DNA of 64,000 bases, taken from contig JAEXTA010000089.1 in assembly GCA_023453665.1 (NCBI GenBank), positions 64,846 through 128,845 of the forward strand, read 5' to 3'. The notes under the pieces are model-generated. The model ran no database searches. It was not told where the DNA came from and saw only the letters and a program-made list of their open reading frames with translations. Shown here piece by piece: positions 44,976 through 54,831 of the stretch. The stretch comes from Bacteroidota bacterium. Lineage in GTDB: Bacteria; Bacteroidota; Ignavibacteria; Ignavibacteriales; Ignavibacteriaceae. Every line of letters begins with the position of its first letter. Within the stretch, counting starts at the first letter, position 1. A program made the position numbers and the translations under genes.

Positions 44976-44978
44976 TTT

Positions 44979-47900
44979 TCATATCGGCAACTTAATCATC
45001 ACTTCAGTTCCTTTTCCTGATTCAGAATTAATTTTTATTTCCCCCTTAATCAGGTTTATTCTCTTTTTTAAATTTTCCAGACCAAATCCTTTTGCGTAAT
45101 CTTGCGCCGATATTTCTCCTGATTGAGAGAAGCCGATTCCGTTATCTTTTATTTTGATGACGATCTCAAATTCTTTTTTTTCAATTGTTATTTCTGCTTT
45201 CTCTGCACGTGAGTGTTTAATAATATTATTTATACACTCCTGAATAATTCTGAACAGATTTATTTCTGTTTCCTTTAATAAAATATTATCAATGTTATCT
45301 GCCTTAATATCAAAATTAATCTGCGAAGATATTTCAGCATTATCTAAAATTGAAAGTATCGCGTTTGTTAAACCCAATCTTTCAAGATGATAAGGATGAA
45401 GGTTGTAAGCGATTCTTCTCACTTCATCGATTGCGGAGGCAGTGTTATCTGAAATATCTTCAAAATGTTTAATACCTGTTTCCAGCTCTTTGCTTTTTTT
45501 ACCAAGCGAAGCATAATTTTTTATTAACAGCAAATTTTGTCCGATGCTATCGTGAAGCTCCGAGGCTATTCTCTTTCGTTCTTCTTCCTGTGATTGAATT
45601 AATCTCTTTGAAAATTCCTCCTGTGATTTTTTTTCTTTTTCCAGATTTGATATTCTAAGTCTGTATATAAATCCTACGATACCTATTAAGCCGAATATTA
45701 ATATTCCTCTGAACCAGAACGTTGCCCAGAATGGTGGTTTGATAATTAACAATACCGAAACACCCGCTTCATTCCAGCTGCCAGCATGATTTGTTGCTTT
45801 TACTCTGAATATATATTCGCCAGGGTCAAGATGCGTATAATTTGCAAATCTCCTGTTGTCAACATAGTTCCAGTTTTTATCAAGACCCTCAAGCTTGTAC
45901 GCATATTTATTTCTCTCGGGTAAAGTATAGTCAAGTGATGCAAACTCAAAAGAAAAATTATCTTCATCATAGTTCAGCCGCAGTGTGTCTGCATACGAAA
46001 TATTTTCGGAAAAAATTTTTTCGTTATTGTGAACCTTAAATGATGTAAGCGTAACAGGAACCAACGATGAGTTTGTTGAAAGACTGTCAGGATGAAAATA
46101 ATTTATTCCGTTCAATCCGCCGAAATAAAACATTCCGTTTTTCGTTTTTAATTTTGCCGCAGGGTTGAACTCACCTTTTTGCAAACCATCGTTAAAATCA
46201 TAATTCTTAAAAGTTTTTGCCGTTAGTGAAAATTTTGAAATACCTTTTGAAGTGCTTATCCACAGATTATAGTTATCGTCTTCAAGAATACCGCAAACAA
46301 AATTTCCCGCCAGTCCGTTTTCTTCGGTATAAGTTTCGAAAATGTTTTTTTGTGAATCATATCTGGATAACCCGCCGGAGAAAGTTCCAACCCACAACAC
46401 TCCTTTCGAATCCACAAATAATTCAGGAACGGATATATCTCCTAACGAGGTTGTATCATCATCATTGGGAAAAAAATGCTGAAAAGATTTTTTCTTTTTA
46501 TCAAATTTATTCAGGCCTTTACTGAATGTACCTATCCATAAAAATCCGTCAGAGTCTTCTGTAATTGAGAGAATGCCATCACCACTTATGTTAGAATTTT
46601 TTGTGTTTAGTACTTCAAACGTATTGGTGCCGGCGTTAAACTTTTTTAATCCATCACCGTTTGAACCAAACCATAAATTTCCTTCAGAATCTTCAAAGAT
46701 AGTCCGGATATTATTGGCGCCGGGATTATCTTTTTCAAAATCGAGATCATACTTAATGAAAGAATCAGTTTCACGATCATACTTATTTAATTTTCCGAAG
46801 TAAGTCCCGACCCATAAATTGAACTTGCTGTCCTCAAAAATGTAGCGAATTATTTCGCCTTCAACAGATGCTTTACCAGCTGTAGAATAGGTTTTAATTC
46901 TGCCATCTGGAAATAATTTGCATAAATAACTGTAAGTGCCTATCCAGATATCACCTGCTTTATCTTCGCACATGGTGAAAATAAAATCCTCGGGCAGACT
47001 GTTCTGTTTCCCGGCCGTTGTTTTTATTGTTGAAAATTTTTTTTGCTTACGATCTGTTTTAAAAACTCCGCCAACAATTGTACCTATCCACAGGTTGGAT
47101 GTATTATCCTCATAAATTGTTCTGCCATTGTTCGACGAAACATCGGTTGGATTTTGAGGACTAAGAGCAACCGGAAAGAACTTATTCAATTCATAGTCAT
47201 AATAACATATCCCGTTGGATTGGGTTGCAATCCAGATCAAACCCTGATTGTCTTCAAAGATTTTCCATATAAAATTGCCTGTAAGAGAACCGGGGCTAAG
47301 ATCAGCCTTAAAGTTTGTGAAGATTTTATTTTCATTGTTGAATCTGTCAATGCCATCACCATAAGTTCCAATCCATAAATTACCTTTTGAATCTTCAAGA
47401 AGAGTAACTGCGCTTGTACCACTTATTGATGTGCCAGGGTTTTTATCTGGAAGATAGTGGGTGAAATTATTGTTTGATCTGTCAAAAAGATTCAAGCCGC
47501 CTTTTTCGGTTCCTACCCATAAGTTATCTTTAGAATCTTCATAGACACACCATATTTTATCACTGCTGATTGATTTTTCATCTTCCGGATTATGTTTAAA
47601 CCTGTTAAATGAATCAGAAGCAGGATCGTATAAATTTAAACCCTCACTCCATGTCCCGACCCATAAATTATTTTGTTTGTCAATGTACACACACTGAACA
47701 ATGTCCGAACTTAGTGAGCTTGTATTAAGGCTGTCGAATTTATACTGTATAAATTTTTCAGTTACAGGATCAAACTTATTCAAACCACCGCCGTTTGTTG
47801 CAATCCAGATATAACCGTTTTTATCTTCACACAACGACCAAATATAATTGTGTGATAAGGAATTGTTGTCCCCTCGTTTTTTATAATATGATTTGAATCT

Positions 47901-48104
47901 ATAACCATCATATCTGTTAAGCCCCTCTTCGGTTCCTATCCACAGAAAACCTTTTTTATCCTGTATGATTGATGTAACCCTGTTCGAGCTTAATCCATTT
48001 TCCAAAGTAAGATTTTGAAAATAAAATTCCGGTAACTGTGCTTTAACAGGAAAACATATAAACAAAACTATAACGATGAAATGAATAAAGTTGTTTTTTC
48101 TCAA
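44979..48104 (-). CDS. Sensor histidine kinase: two-component-regulator propeller + Y_Y_Y + TM + HisKA_3/HATPase
   Basis: Signal peptide. Many W(I/V)GT..GL..(F/Y)D propeller repeats. TM (FWFRGILIFGLIGIVGFIY). HisKA_3 H-box (ELHDSIGQNL), N-box (NNIIKHS) and G-boxes (DNGIGF, GFGLENLKKR). TTG start. Confidence 0.9.
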   Translation of the reverse strand: MRKNNFIHFIVIVLFICFPVKAQLPEFYFQNLTLENGLSSNRVTSIIQDKKGFLWIGTEEGLNRYDGYRFKSYYKKRGDNNSLSHNYIWSLCEDKNGYIWIATNGGGLNKFDPVTEKFIQYKFDSLNTSSLSSDIVQCVYIDKQNNLWVGTWSEGLNLYDPASDSFNRFKHNPEDEKSISSDKIWCVYEDSKDNLWVGTEKGGLNLFDRSNNNFTHYLPDKNPGTSISGTSAVTLLEDSKGNLWIGTYGDGIDRFNNENKIFTNFKADLSPGSLTGNFIWKIFEDNQGLIWIATQSNGICYYDYELNKFFPVALSPQNPTDVSSNNGRTIYEDNTSNLWIGTIVGGVFKTDRKQKKFSTIKTTAGKQNSLPEDFIFTMCEDKAGDIWIGTYSYLCKLFPDGRIKTYSTAGKASVEGEIIRYIFEDSKFNLWVGTYFGKLNKYDRETDSFIKYDLDFEKDNPGANNIRTIFEDSEGNLWFGSNGDGLKKFNAGTNTFEVLNTKNSNISGDGILSITEDSDGFLWIGTFSKGLNKFDKKKKSFQHFFPNDDDTTSLGDISVPELFVDSKGVLWVGTFSGGLSRYDSQKNIFETYTEENGLAGNFVCGILEDDNYNLWISTSKGISKFSLTAKTFKNYDFNDGLQKGEFNPAAKLKTKNGMFYFGGLNGINYFHPDSLSTNSSLVPVTLTSFKVHNNEKIFSENISYADTLRLNYDEDNFSFEFASLDYTLPERNKYAYKLEGLDKNWNYVDNRRFANYTHLDPGEYIFRVKATNHAGSWNEAGVSVLLIIKPPFWATFWFRGILIFGLIGIVGFIYRLRISNLEKEKKSQEEFSKRLIQSQEEERKRIASELHDSIGQNLLLIKNYASLGKKSKELETGIKHFEDISDNTASAIDEVRRIAYNLHPYHLERLGLTNAILSILDNAEISSQINFDIKADNIDNILLKETEINLFRIIQECINNIIKHSRAEKAEITIEKKEFEIVIKIKDNGIGFSQSGEISAQDYAKGFGLENLKKRINLIKGEIKINSESGKGTEVMIKLPI

Positions 48105-48191
48105 ACGGGTTAGCTTTTTGTGTTTTGTGAAATTCAGGAAAAAAGAAATGAAAAATTCAGGAGAGATACAAGAATAACTCTGTTAAAAGTT

Positions 48192-48218
48192 CCACCCTCT
48201 CCGTCAATGAGAGGGTGG
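48192..48218 (-). terminator. Terminator hairpin after the 48229..49833 gene
   Basis: 9-bp stem CCACCCTCT / AGAGGGTGG with a 9-nt loop, followed on the minus strand by AACTTTT. Confidence 0.65.
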
Positions 48219-48228
48219 CTGGATTTCA

Positions 48229-49833
48229 TTATTTTATTAAAATCATTTCCTTTGTCTGGTAAAAACTGCCAGATTGTAATCGATAAAAATAAATTCCACT
48301 TGAAAGATTGCCTGCATTAAACTGAATTGAGTGGTTACCAATTTCTTTGTATTCATTAACTAATGTCTTAACCTCTTCGCCAAGAAGATTGTAGATTTTT
48401 AGAATAGTAGTTCCAGCATCAGGAAGTGAGAATCTTATTGTTGTTGTTGGATTAAATGGATTTGGATAGTTCTGTTCCAAACTAAAGGAATAGGATAAGT
48501 CTATTTCTGCCTCAACAACATTCGAGAAATTAAAACTACCGTCATAGTCAATTTGTTTTAACCGATAAAAATATTTTCCCGGTTCAAGCTCGCTGTCAAT
48601 AAATGAATATTGTTTTGTTTCTGTTGTGGTTCCTGATCCGCTTACAGTTCCAATAGCAGCGTAACCAACTCCGTCATCACTTCTCTGAATTTCAAAATGT
48701 GAATTGTTTTTTTCTGATGCGGTTGTCCAATTTAATTTCACACTGTTACTGCTAACAGAAACATTAAATGAAATTAGTTCAACCGGGATAAATCCTCCGT
48801 CACCTGTCCAGCAAGTCGACTGATAATTCGTTGATGAACCGCCCATGTTGCCGCCGCCATAAAACAATTTTACTTGTGAAGACATATAAAAAGAAAGCGC
48901 CAGTCCTCTTTCTGATGCAACATCTCCATCATAAGTCCACGTATTGATTGACGGATCATAATAAAATACTTTTGGGTTTGATGGATATTGGGTATAACCG
49001 CCGCCGGATCCAACCAGCACGATATAATTATTAACAGTTGTGGTTGTCCACTTGCAGAAGCTTACAGGTTCGGGAAGCGGTGCAATAGAACTCCAGGTGT
49101 TCGTGGCTATTTCATATTTCATACATGCAGTCTGATCGCCGCCGGTCGGTACCAATCCTCCGACGAGATATAAAAATCCGTTATGATATGCTAATCCGGC
49201 GTATCTTTTAATTATTGGTGATGGAGATAACACACTCCATGTATCAGTAGAAATACTGTAGCGTTCAAGATATGATGCCGGCGCAGTTGTGCTGTAATTA
49301 GAACAATGTGCATAAATGTAATCACCGCCTCCCCAAACAATTGCGTTCTGAGCATCCATAATATTTGTTGAAGCACTGACAAGTGCTCTCCAGATACCTG
49401 TCCCGCTGCCGTCCGGAGAAAATTTTTCGAATGTAGTTAAAGCGGCAGTTCCTGATATTTTATAAAGTTCACCATCTGCAACACAATAACCGCTGTTGTA
49501 GCCCGGGTCAAGACAAACGGTTGAACTGTCCCAGGTGTTTGTTGTCAGGTCGTAAGCCATTGCAAGAAGTCCGGCATTCTGCCCTGTGAATACATAAACA
49601 TAATTTCCGATTTGACCGCCGATTGAACGGCCAAAAGGCTGCATTGCATCCGGCATACTGTTCCAGTTTAGACTTAGCATCGATAAATTATTATCCACTG
49701 CAATTGGTCCTGATTTGTTTCCGTTTTCATCCAGATATTTTTGATTTAGTTCTTCGGGTGATAGGTGATTTTGCGCACGTAAAAATGCGGATAAGAAAAA
49801 AGTAAAAATGAAAAGTTGTGAATATTTTTTCAT
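48229..49833 (-). CDS. T9SS-sorted Kelch-like repeat protein with an Fn3-like pre-CTD domain
   Basis: Start moved to the ATG at 49833 (AAGGAG RBS; signal peptide MKKYSQLFIFTFFLSAFLRAQ). Kelch-like blades. PVELISFN...LNWTTASEKNN.HFEIQRS domain. C-terminal NYPNPFNPTTTIRF...KEMILIK. Confidence 0.8.
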   Translation of the reverse strand: MKKYSQLFIFTFFLSAFLRAQNHLSPEELNQKYLDENGNKSGPIAVDNNLSMLSLNWNSMPDAMQPFGRSIGGQIGNYVYVFTGQNAGLLAMAYDLTTNTWDSSTVCLDPGYNSGYCVADGELYKISGTAALTTFEKFSPDGSGTGIWRALVSASTNIMDAQNAIVWGGGDYIYAHCSNYSTTAPASYLERYSISTDTWSVLSPSPIIKRYAGLAYHNGFLYLVGGLVPTGGDQTACMKYEIATNTWSSIAPLPEPVSFCKWTTTTVNNYIVLVGSGGGYTQYPSNPKVFYYDPSINTWTYDGDVASERGLALSFYMSSQVKLFYGGGNMGGSSTNYQSTCWTGDGGFIPVELISFNVSVSSNSVKLNWTTASEKNNSHFEIQRSDDGVGYAAIGTVSGSGTTTETKQYSFIDSELEPGKYFYRLKQIDYDGSFNFSNVVEAEIDLSYSFSLEQNYPNPFNPTTTIRFSLPDAGTTILKIYNLLGEEVKTLVNEYKEIGNHSIQFNAGNLSSGIYFYRLQSGSFYQTKEMILIK

Positions 49834-49993
49834 GATTCTCCTTTTATTACGATGAGTGAGAAATAACTTAAAGAATATTAAACTAAGTGACAATGAAATA
49901 ATATTTTTTCATTTACCGTATATTCAATAGTAAGTTTAAAATGTGTCCTTTAATTTATTTGGGATCTTAATTTTCAATTAAGAAAAAGCGAAT

Positions 49994-50698
49994 ATGAAAA
50001 CTATAGGACTTATCGGCGGAACCGGCTGGTTATCAACTATTGAATACTACCGTGAATTGAATCTTGGTATTAATAAAAGACTCGGTGGATTAAGTTCGGC
50101 GAGGATAATACTCGATTCATACAACTATGGTGATATTGATAACCTAAACAAAGCGAATGACCACGAAGGAATTTTAAAACTAATAATTGAATCTGCTATT
50201 AAGCTCCAGCAGAGTGGGGCTGAGTGTATTTTGCTTTGCGCAAACACTCTTCATATGTATGCCGAAAAACTTATTGATAAAATTTCTGTTCCATTAATTC
50301 ATATTGGTGATGCAACAGCCTCAGAAATAAAACAGCGTAACATTTCAACTATTGCTTTACTTGGAACTAAGTGGACAATGGAAAAGGATTTTTACAAAGC
50401 AAGGTTAAATAATTACGGAATAAAATCTCTTGTTCCTTCTTCTGATGAAATTAATTTTATTCATTCAGCAATTATGAATGAGTTACTTAAAGAAAATTTC
50501 AGGGTTGAAACCAAAAACAGGTTTTTAGAAACCGTTAAGAATTTATTATCTCAAGGTGCAGAAGGAATAGTTCTTGGCTGTACAGAAATTCCGTTGATTA
50601 TCAGCCAAAAGGATTTTGAAGTTCCTGTGTTTAATACATTAACAATACATGCTAAAGCTGCCATTGATTTTGCTTTATCATATAAAGAAAGCAGTTAA
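49994..50698 (+). CDS. Aspartate/glutamate/hydantoin racemase family protein
   Basis: MKTIGLIGGTGW N-terminus and the two conserved Cys regions (ILLCANTLH, VLGCTEIPL) of Asp/Glu racemases. Confidence 0.8.
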   Translation: MKTIGLIGGTGWLSTIEYYRELNLGINKRLGGLSSARIILDSYNYGDIDNLNKANDHEGILKLIIESAIKLQQSGAECILLCANTLHMYAEKLIDKISVPLIHIGDATASEIKQRNISTIALLGTKWTMEKDFYKARLNNYGIKSLVPSSDEINFIHSAIMNELLKENFRVETKNRFLETVKNLLSQGAEGIVLGCTEIPLIISQKDFEVPVFNTLTIHAKAAIDFALSYKESS

Positions 50699-50717
50699 AA
50701 AACTGCTTTCGCTTTTT
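50687..50717 (+). terminator. Rho-independent terminator overlapping the racemase stop codon
   Basis: Stem GAAAGCAGTT / AACTGCTTTC with an AAAA loop, followed by GCTTTTT. Confidence 0.7.
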
Positions 50718-50740
50718 CTCAATCTTATTCTTTATCTCGC

Positions 50741-51541
50741 TCACATAAAAAGTTCTTTAAAAAACTTTTTCATATCCTCCCAGCTTTTTTCATCAGCAGC
50801 TTTATTGTAAGCGATTGGAATATTGAATTTCTTTCCAACACTATCTGCGGCTGGATTTGTAAATGCATGTAATCCATCCGGATAATTTATGAACTCATAT
50901 TTTAACCCGGCATCACTCATTACTTTTTCAAAACCAGCGATCTGTTCTTGCGGAATAAACCCATCTGCTTCACCATTACAGACTAACATTTTTGCTTTAA
51001 CAACTGATGGATCGGGAATTGAGTCTGTTGGAAGACTTCCATGAAAACTTACTACACCATTCAAATCAGCTCCGTTAACAGCCATATTCAGAACAACACC
51101 TCCGCCGAAACAATACCCAATTGCAGCAACTTTATTGGGATTAGTCTGTTGTTGTTCTTTGAGAAGTTTTATCGCAGCATTAAATCTTGCAGCAGCTTCT
51201 TCGGGATTCTGCATAACACCACCTGCGAGCGCTCCGGCATCAGTAGGATTATCAACTGTTTTACCGTCACCATACATATCTATTGCCAGGGCTGTATATC
51301 CAAGTTCTGCTAATTTTCTCGCTCTCATTTTTGCATAATCATTATTACCCCACCATTCGTGAACAACGATAACACCCGGTCTTTGTCCTTTTATTTTTTC
51401 GTCATAAGCAAGATATCCTTTCAAAGTTGTACCGTTTGAGGAGTATGTAACATCTTTGGTTGTGATGGTTGACTCGACTTCTTTTTTTGTACATCCTGCA
51501 AATATCAAAAATGACAAAATGATTAATGATAAGTACTTCAT
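50741..51541 (-). CDS. Dienelactone hydrolase family lipoprotein
   Basis: Start moved to the ATG at 51541 (MKYLSLIILSFLIFAGC lipobox). DLH-like motifs (GVIVVHEWWG, nucleophile-elbow-type IGYCFGG, C-terminal His in GLHAF). Confidence 0.8.
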   Translation of the reverse strand: MKYLSLIILSFLIFAGCTKKEVESTITTKDVTYSSNGTTLKGYLAYDEKIKGQRPGVIVVHEWWGNNDYAKMRARKLAELGYTALAIDMYGDGKTVDNPTDAGALAGGVMQNPEEAAARFNAAIKLLKEQQQTNPNKVAAIGYCFGGGVVLNMAVNGADLNGVVSFHGSLPTDSIPDPSVVKAKMLVCNGEADGFIPQEQIAGFEKVMSDAGLKYEFINYPDGLHAFTNPAADSVGKKFNIPIAYNKAADEKSWEDMKKFFKELFM

Positions 51542-51761
51542 ACTTAATCCTTTCTTAAAAAATTTATTGGTCAAATGAGGTGTTTGGAAATCAGTTACTT
51601 GCAAAACTATAAAAAGAATGTGCAATCACAAATGCTTTAATTCTGTGGTAAGGTTTATATGCGGGTGATTTTTATTTCAACAGGAAAATTAGTTTTCGGA
51701 TAATTATATCCAGTAGTTTTTGATCAATTAAATATTTTTAGTTTTGAAATTGCCGAAGTCA

Positions 51762-52532
51762 TTACCCTCTTTCAAGTTCCTGATCTATTAACGAGATTAG
51801 TTTTTTACACAAACTTTTCATCCGCTCTAATTGGTTGTTCATAACTGAAAACTCATAGACCGCCATTGCAAAACCGTTTTTTTGCTTCCGGTTTTTTAAC
51901 AATTGATTAAAATCTTTACCGGAAAGTTTAACGTTTTCACCTTGCTGTCCATTAGAAAATTGAAATGTGAGATTTTTTACCATCGAATTGATATCTAAAA
52001 TACCGTAAGCAGGTTCGTAAAGCATGACTTCTGCATCGTACCGAAAATGTTCTTCTTCGTACTTTAACTTTTTATACAGTGTCTCCAGGTTAAGTAAGCT
52101 GTTTTTTATAGAATCACTTGAGATAATAGCCAGGTTTCCGGAGTTGGTCAGTTCCTGAAATGTATTATTTATCTGAAAAAATTTTTGCCAGGTATATACA
52201 TTAACAGCATGCCTGTTAAACATATTAAGATCAGCTAATGGTTGTCCTTCAAAATAATTTACAACCTCTTTTGCAGAGATGATCTGAGAATTTCTTGTTG
52301 TGATGTAATTATCAATCTCGGCAATATTCAGGTTAAGGTCAGTTTTTAAATTGATCAGGTAATGAAGTTCTTTGTTTCGTTGTTTACGCAGCTCATTCCA
52401 ATTGTTTACCTGGAGTGCAATTAAAATTCCCACTACAACCAAAAGAATTTCCCCAATTGCATAACGAAGATAGCTTGCTGCTTTGTTTTCTGAAGCAAGT
52501 TTTTGCCTGATGTTTCTGAAAATTCTAATCAT
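51762..52532 (-). CDS. DUF6090-like membrane-anchored protein
   Basis: N-terminus MIRIFRNIRQKLASENKAASYLRYAIGEILLVVVGILIALQVNNWNE is characteristic of this FCB-group family as I recall it. Tandem paralogue of the next gene. Confidence 0.6.
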   Translation of the reverse strand: MIRIFRNIRQKLASENKAASYLRYAIGEILLVVVGILIALQVNNWNELRKQRNKELHYLINLKTDLNLNIAEIDNYITTRNSQIISAKEVVNYFEGQPLADLNMFNRHAVNVYTWQKFFQINNTFQELTNSGNLAIISSDSIKNSLLNLETLYKKLKYEEEHFRYDAEVMLYEPAYGILDINSMVKNLTFQFSNGQQGENVKLSGKDFNQLLKNRKQKNGFAMAVYEFSVMNNQLERMKSLCKKLISLIDQELERG

Positions 52533-53286
52533 AATTATTCAATTCTTTATTGAGTAATAGTACAATAGCATTGGTATCTTCCACCAATAACTTTAAATAC
52601 TTAATCGCATCCTGATTAATCCAAAAATGAGCTGCAGAATTATTAATATAAAAGATTCTATTAGTTCTTAAATCATTAGCAAACTTATTTAGGGATTCAG
52701 AGGGAAAAAGAAATGCGGAGGAGGGTTCATATCGCATAATGTTATGCTGATAATAAAATGGAGCATCTATAGGAAGCACCCAATCTATATCAATTCGAAT
52801 CCTTTCTGCAACCTGCTTATGTTTTGTATAAAGCTTTACAAGTTTATCACGCAAACTTGTGTTTCGAATTACTCTTAAATTTCCGGTACTTGATAATTCA
52901 CTAAACGTTGAAGATGAAGGGGTGAAAATCGGGAAAATACTTCCATACTTGAAATACTCATAAGCATAATAAACTAACAGGGAATCGCTGGAATCATTAC
53001 TCTTTAATGCCCCGGATAAAAGTTCAATCGCCTGAATACCTTTTTCCAAATCTTTTATATAAGAATTAAAATTAGCTACATCTTCTTTGTTTTCTTCGAG
53101 AAGTCTATTTAGATATAAGGTTTCTTGTATACCGGATTTACGATCTTCATTCCAGTTATTTATTTGCAACGCAATTAAAATTCCAACAACAACAAGCACA
53201 ATTTCCCCAATAGCATAGCGCAGGTATGCCGCTACTTTATTTTCAGCAGCGAGTTTTTGTCTTATATTTCTGAAAAATCTAATCAT
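52525..53286 (-). CDS. DUF6090-like membrane-anchored protein
   Basis: Start moved to the ATG at 53286 (MIRFFRNIRQKLAAENKVAAYLRYAIGEIVLVVVGILIALQINNWNE). The 3' end overlaps the downstream paralogue's start by 8 nt. Confidence 0.6.
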   Translation of the reverse strand: MIRFFRNIRQKLAAENKVAAYLRYAIGEIVLVVVGILIALQINNWNEDRKSGIQETLYLNRLLEENKEDVANFNSYIKDLEKGIQAIELLSGALKSNDSSDSLLVYYAYEYFKYGSIFPIFTPSSSTFSELSSTGNLRVIRNTSLRDKLVKLYTKHKQVAERIRIDIDWVLPIDAPFYYQHNIMRYEPSSAFLFPSESLNKFANDLRTNRIFYINNSAAHFWINQDAIKYLKLLVEDTNAIVLLLNKELNNYD

Positions 53287-53340
53287 TGCTTTTTTCTTCG
53301 GGAAGATCTCGTTTATAATTATTATGCTAATTAACATTAG

Positions 53341-54744
53341 CTATTTCAATTCTGCCCCGGCAATATTTGTTTCGTGACCGGGGACCATAATTACTAATTT
53401 GTTTGTTTCATTATACCGGTGTTCTAATTCGTCTACGCGTTTCTGATGTTTTTCAAAATTAATGAATCTCATAAGTATAAGCATTGTAGCCGCAAAGAAA
53501 ATATATCCGAGAATTACATACTCCCAATCAAGAAATCCTTTTAGTTGTCCCATAATTGCAGCCCCGGCAGCTAAACCCAGATTTGATACTGCCATATAAA
53601 GTGTAAACTGAGTTACTGAAATTCGCTTCCAGCATAATTGCATAGCCGACGCAAAAATTGCGATGGTTGTAAATGTAACAAGTGTATAGAAGCAAATGAT
53701 AAATGCTGTAATAAAAACTTCACTTTGCCAATAAGTTCTGAGAAATGACATTGAAGCAACCAATAGAATTAAGATAACCAGATAGATGGAGATCATTTTT
53801 ACTTTACCGAAATAGTCTATCAGAAATCCGCCAATGATCATTCCAAGAATTCCGGAAATCAAATTTGCTGTCGCAAAAATTTGAGAGTAATGAGTGTCGA
53901 CCCATCCAAGATGCTGAACGGTAAATACCGGCAATACTGTATCAATCAATCCTCGACCGACTGAAAAACTAAATGCAGCTATTCCCATTATTAAACTTAC
54001 TGGCAGAAAGAACACTTTGAATAAACTTTTAAAAACTTCTTTCCAGCTATGAAGTTGAATAGCGCCTGATGATTTTGAAACCCTTCCGTTTGTCCACGGT
54101 AATAATTTTTCTCCGGGACGTTCACGCAGTAATAAAGGAATAAGAATTATTAACGAGACAATAAACGAGAAAGAAATAATTGCGTAGAAAAATCCTTGTT
54201 CACTGATTATCCTGCTGCCCAAAGCAACTGAACCGGATATTCCTAAAGTTTTTGAACCCCACATTAATCCATTTGCTCTTGCCTGTTGTTCAACAGGAAG
54301 AATATCTATCGCCATTCCATCAACAGCAATATCCTGTGATACACTGAAAAAATTTACAATAAATCCCAGAACCATTAATGCGGGCAAATTGTTTAATGGG
54401 TCTGTAATTAATGACATTGAAAGAAAACTCAGAATTAATCCAAGTTGTCCGAATAAAACCCATGGTCTTCTTCTTCCCATAGGCAAATAGGTGAATCGAT
54501 CCATAAACGGTGCGTTAATAATTTTCAAACTCCAAGGCAATGCAACAACTGCTACGAATGAACCAATTTCTGCCGGAGTTTTTCCGTTCATTGCAAGCCA
54601 TGCGGGTATGGCGTACCACAATAACCCTTCTGGTATTCCCTGCGCAATGTAAAGTGCCGAGAAAGTAAAATATCTTAGAAAACTGTTTTCAGATAATGAA
54701 GGAAAGGACTTTAATTTTATGTTATCTGATTTTACAGAAAGCAT
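53341..54744 (-). CDS. MFS transporter, AmpG-like
   Basis: About 12-14 TM segments. LPWSLKIINAPFMDRF resembles the AmpG-family motif after TM2. Confidence 0.75.
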   Translation of the reverse strand: MLSVKSDNIKLKSFPSLSENSFLRYFTFSALYIAQGIPEGLLWYAIPAWLAMNGKTPAEIGSFVAVVALPWSLKIINAPFMDRFTYLPMGRRRPWVLFGQLGLILSFLSMSLITDPLNNLPALMVLGFIVNFFSVSQDIAVDGMAIDILPVEQQARANGLMWGSKTLGISGSVALGSRIISEQGFFYAIISFSFIVSLIILIPLLLRERPGEKLLPWTNGRVSKSSGAIQLHSWKEVFKSLFKVFFLPVSLIMGIAAFSFSVGRGLIDTVLPVFTVQHLGWVDTHYSQIFATANLISGILGMIIGGFLIDYFGKVKMISIYLVILILLVASMSFLRTYWQSEVFITAFIICFYTLVTFTTIAIFASAMQLCWKRISVTQFTLYMAVSNLGLAAGAAIMGQLKGFLDWEYVILGYIFFAATMLILMRFINFEKHQKRVDELEHRYNETNKLVIMVPGHETNIAGAELK

Positions 54745-54831
54745 TTTACTCCTTTTAAAAGTGATGGATCTTTTATTAATGAGAAAGATGTCATCTTTCT
54801 AAAGACGACATCTTTTCATTAGAATTAATAA

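Noticed and set aside
48120-48320. 66-aa plus-strand ORF between the sensor kinase and the Kelch-like gene.
   Set aside because: It runs through a terminator hairpin and into the CTD of the minus-strand gene, with no motif or RBS.
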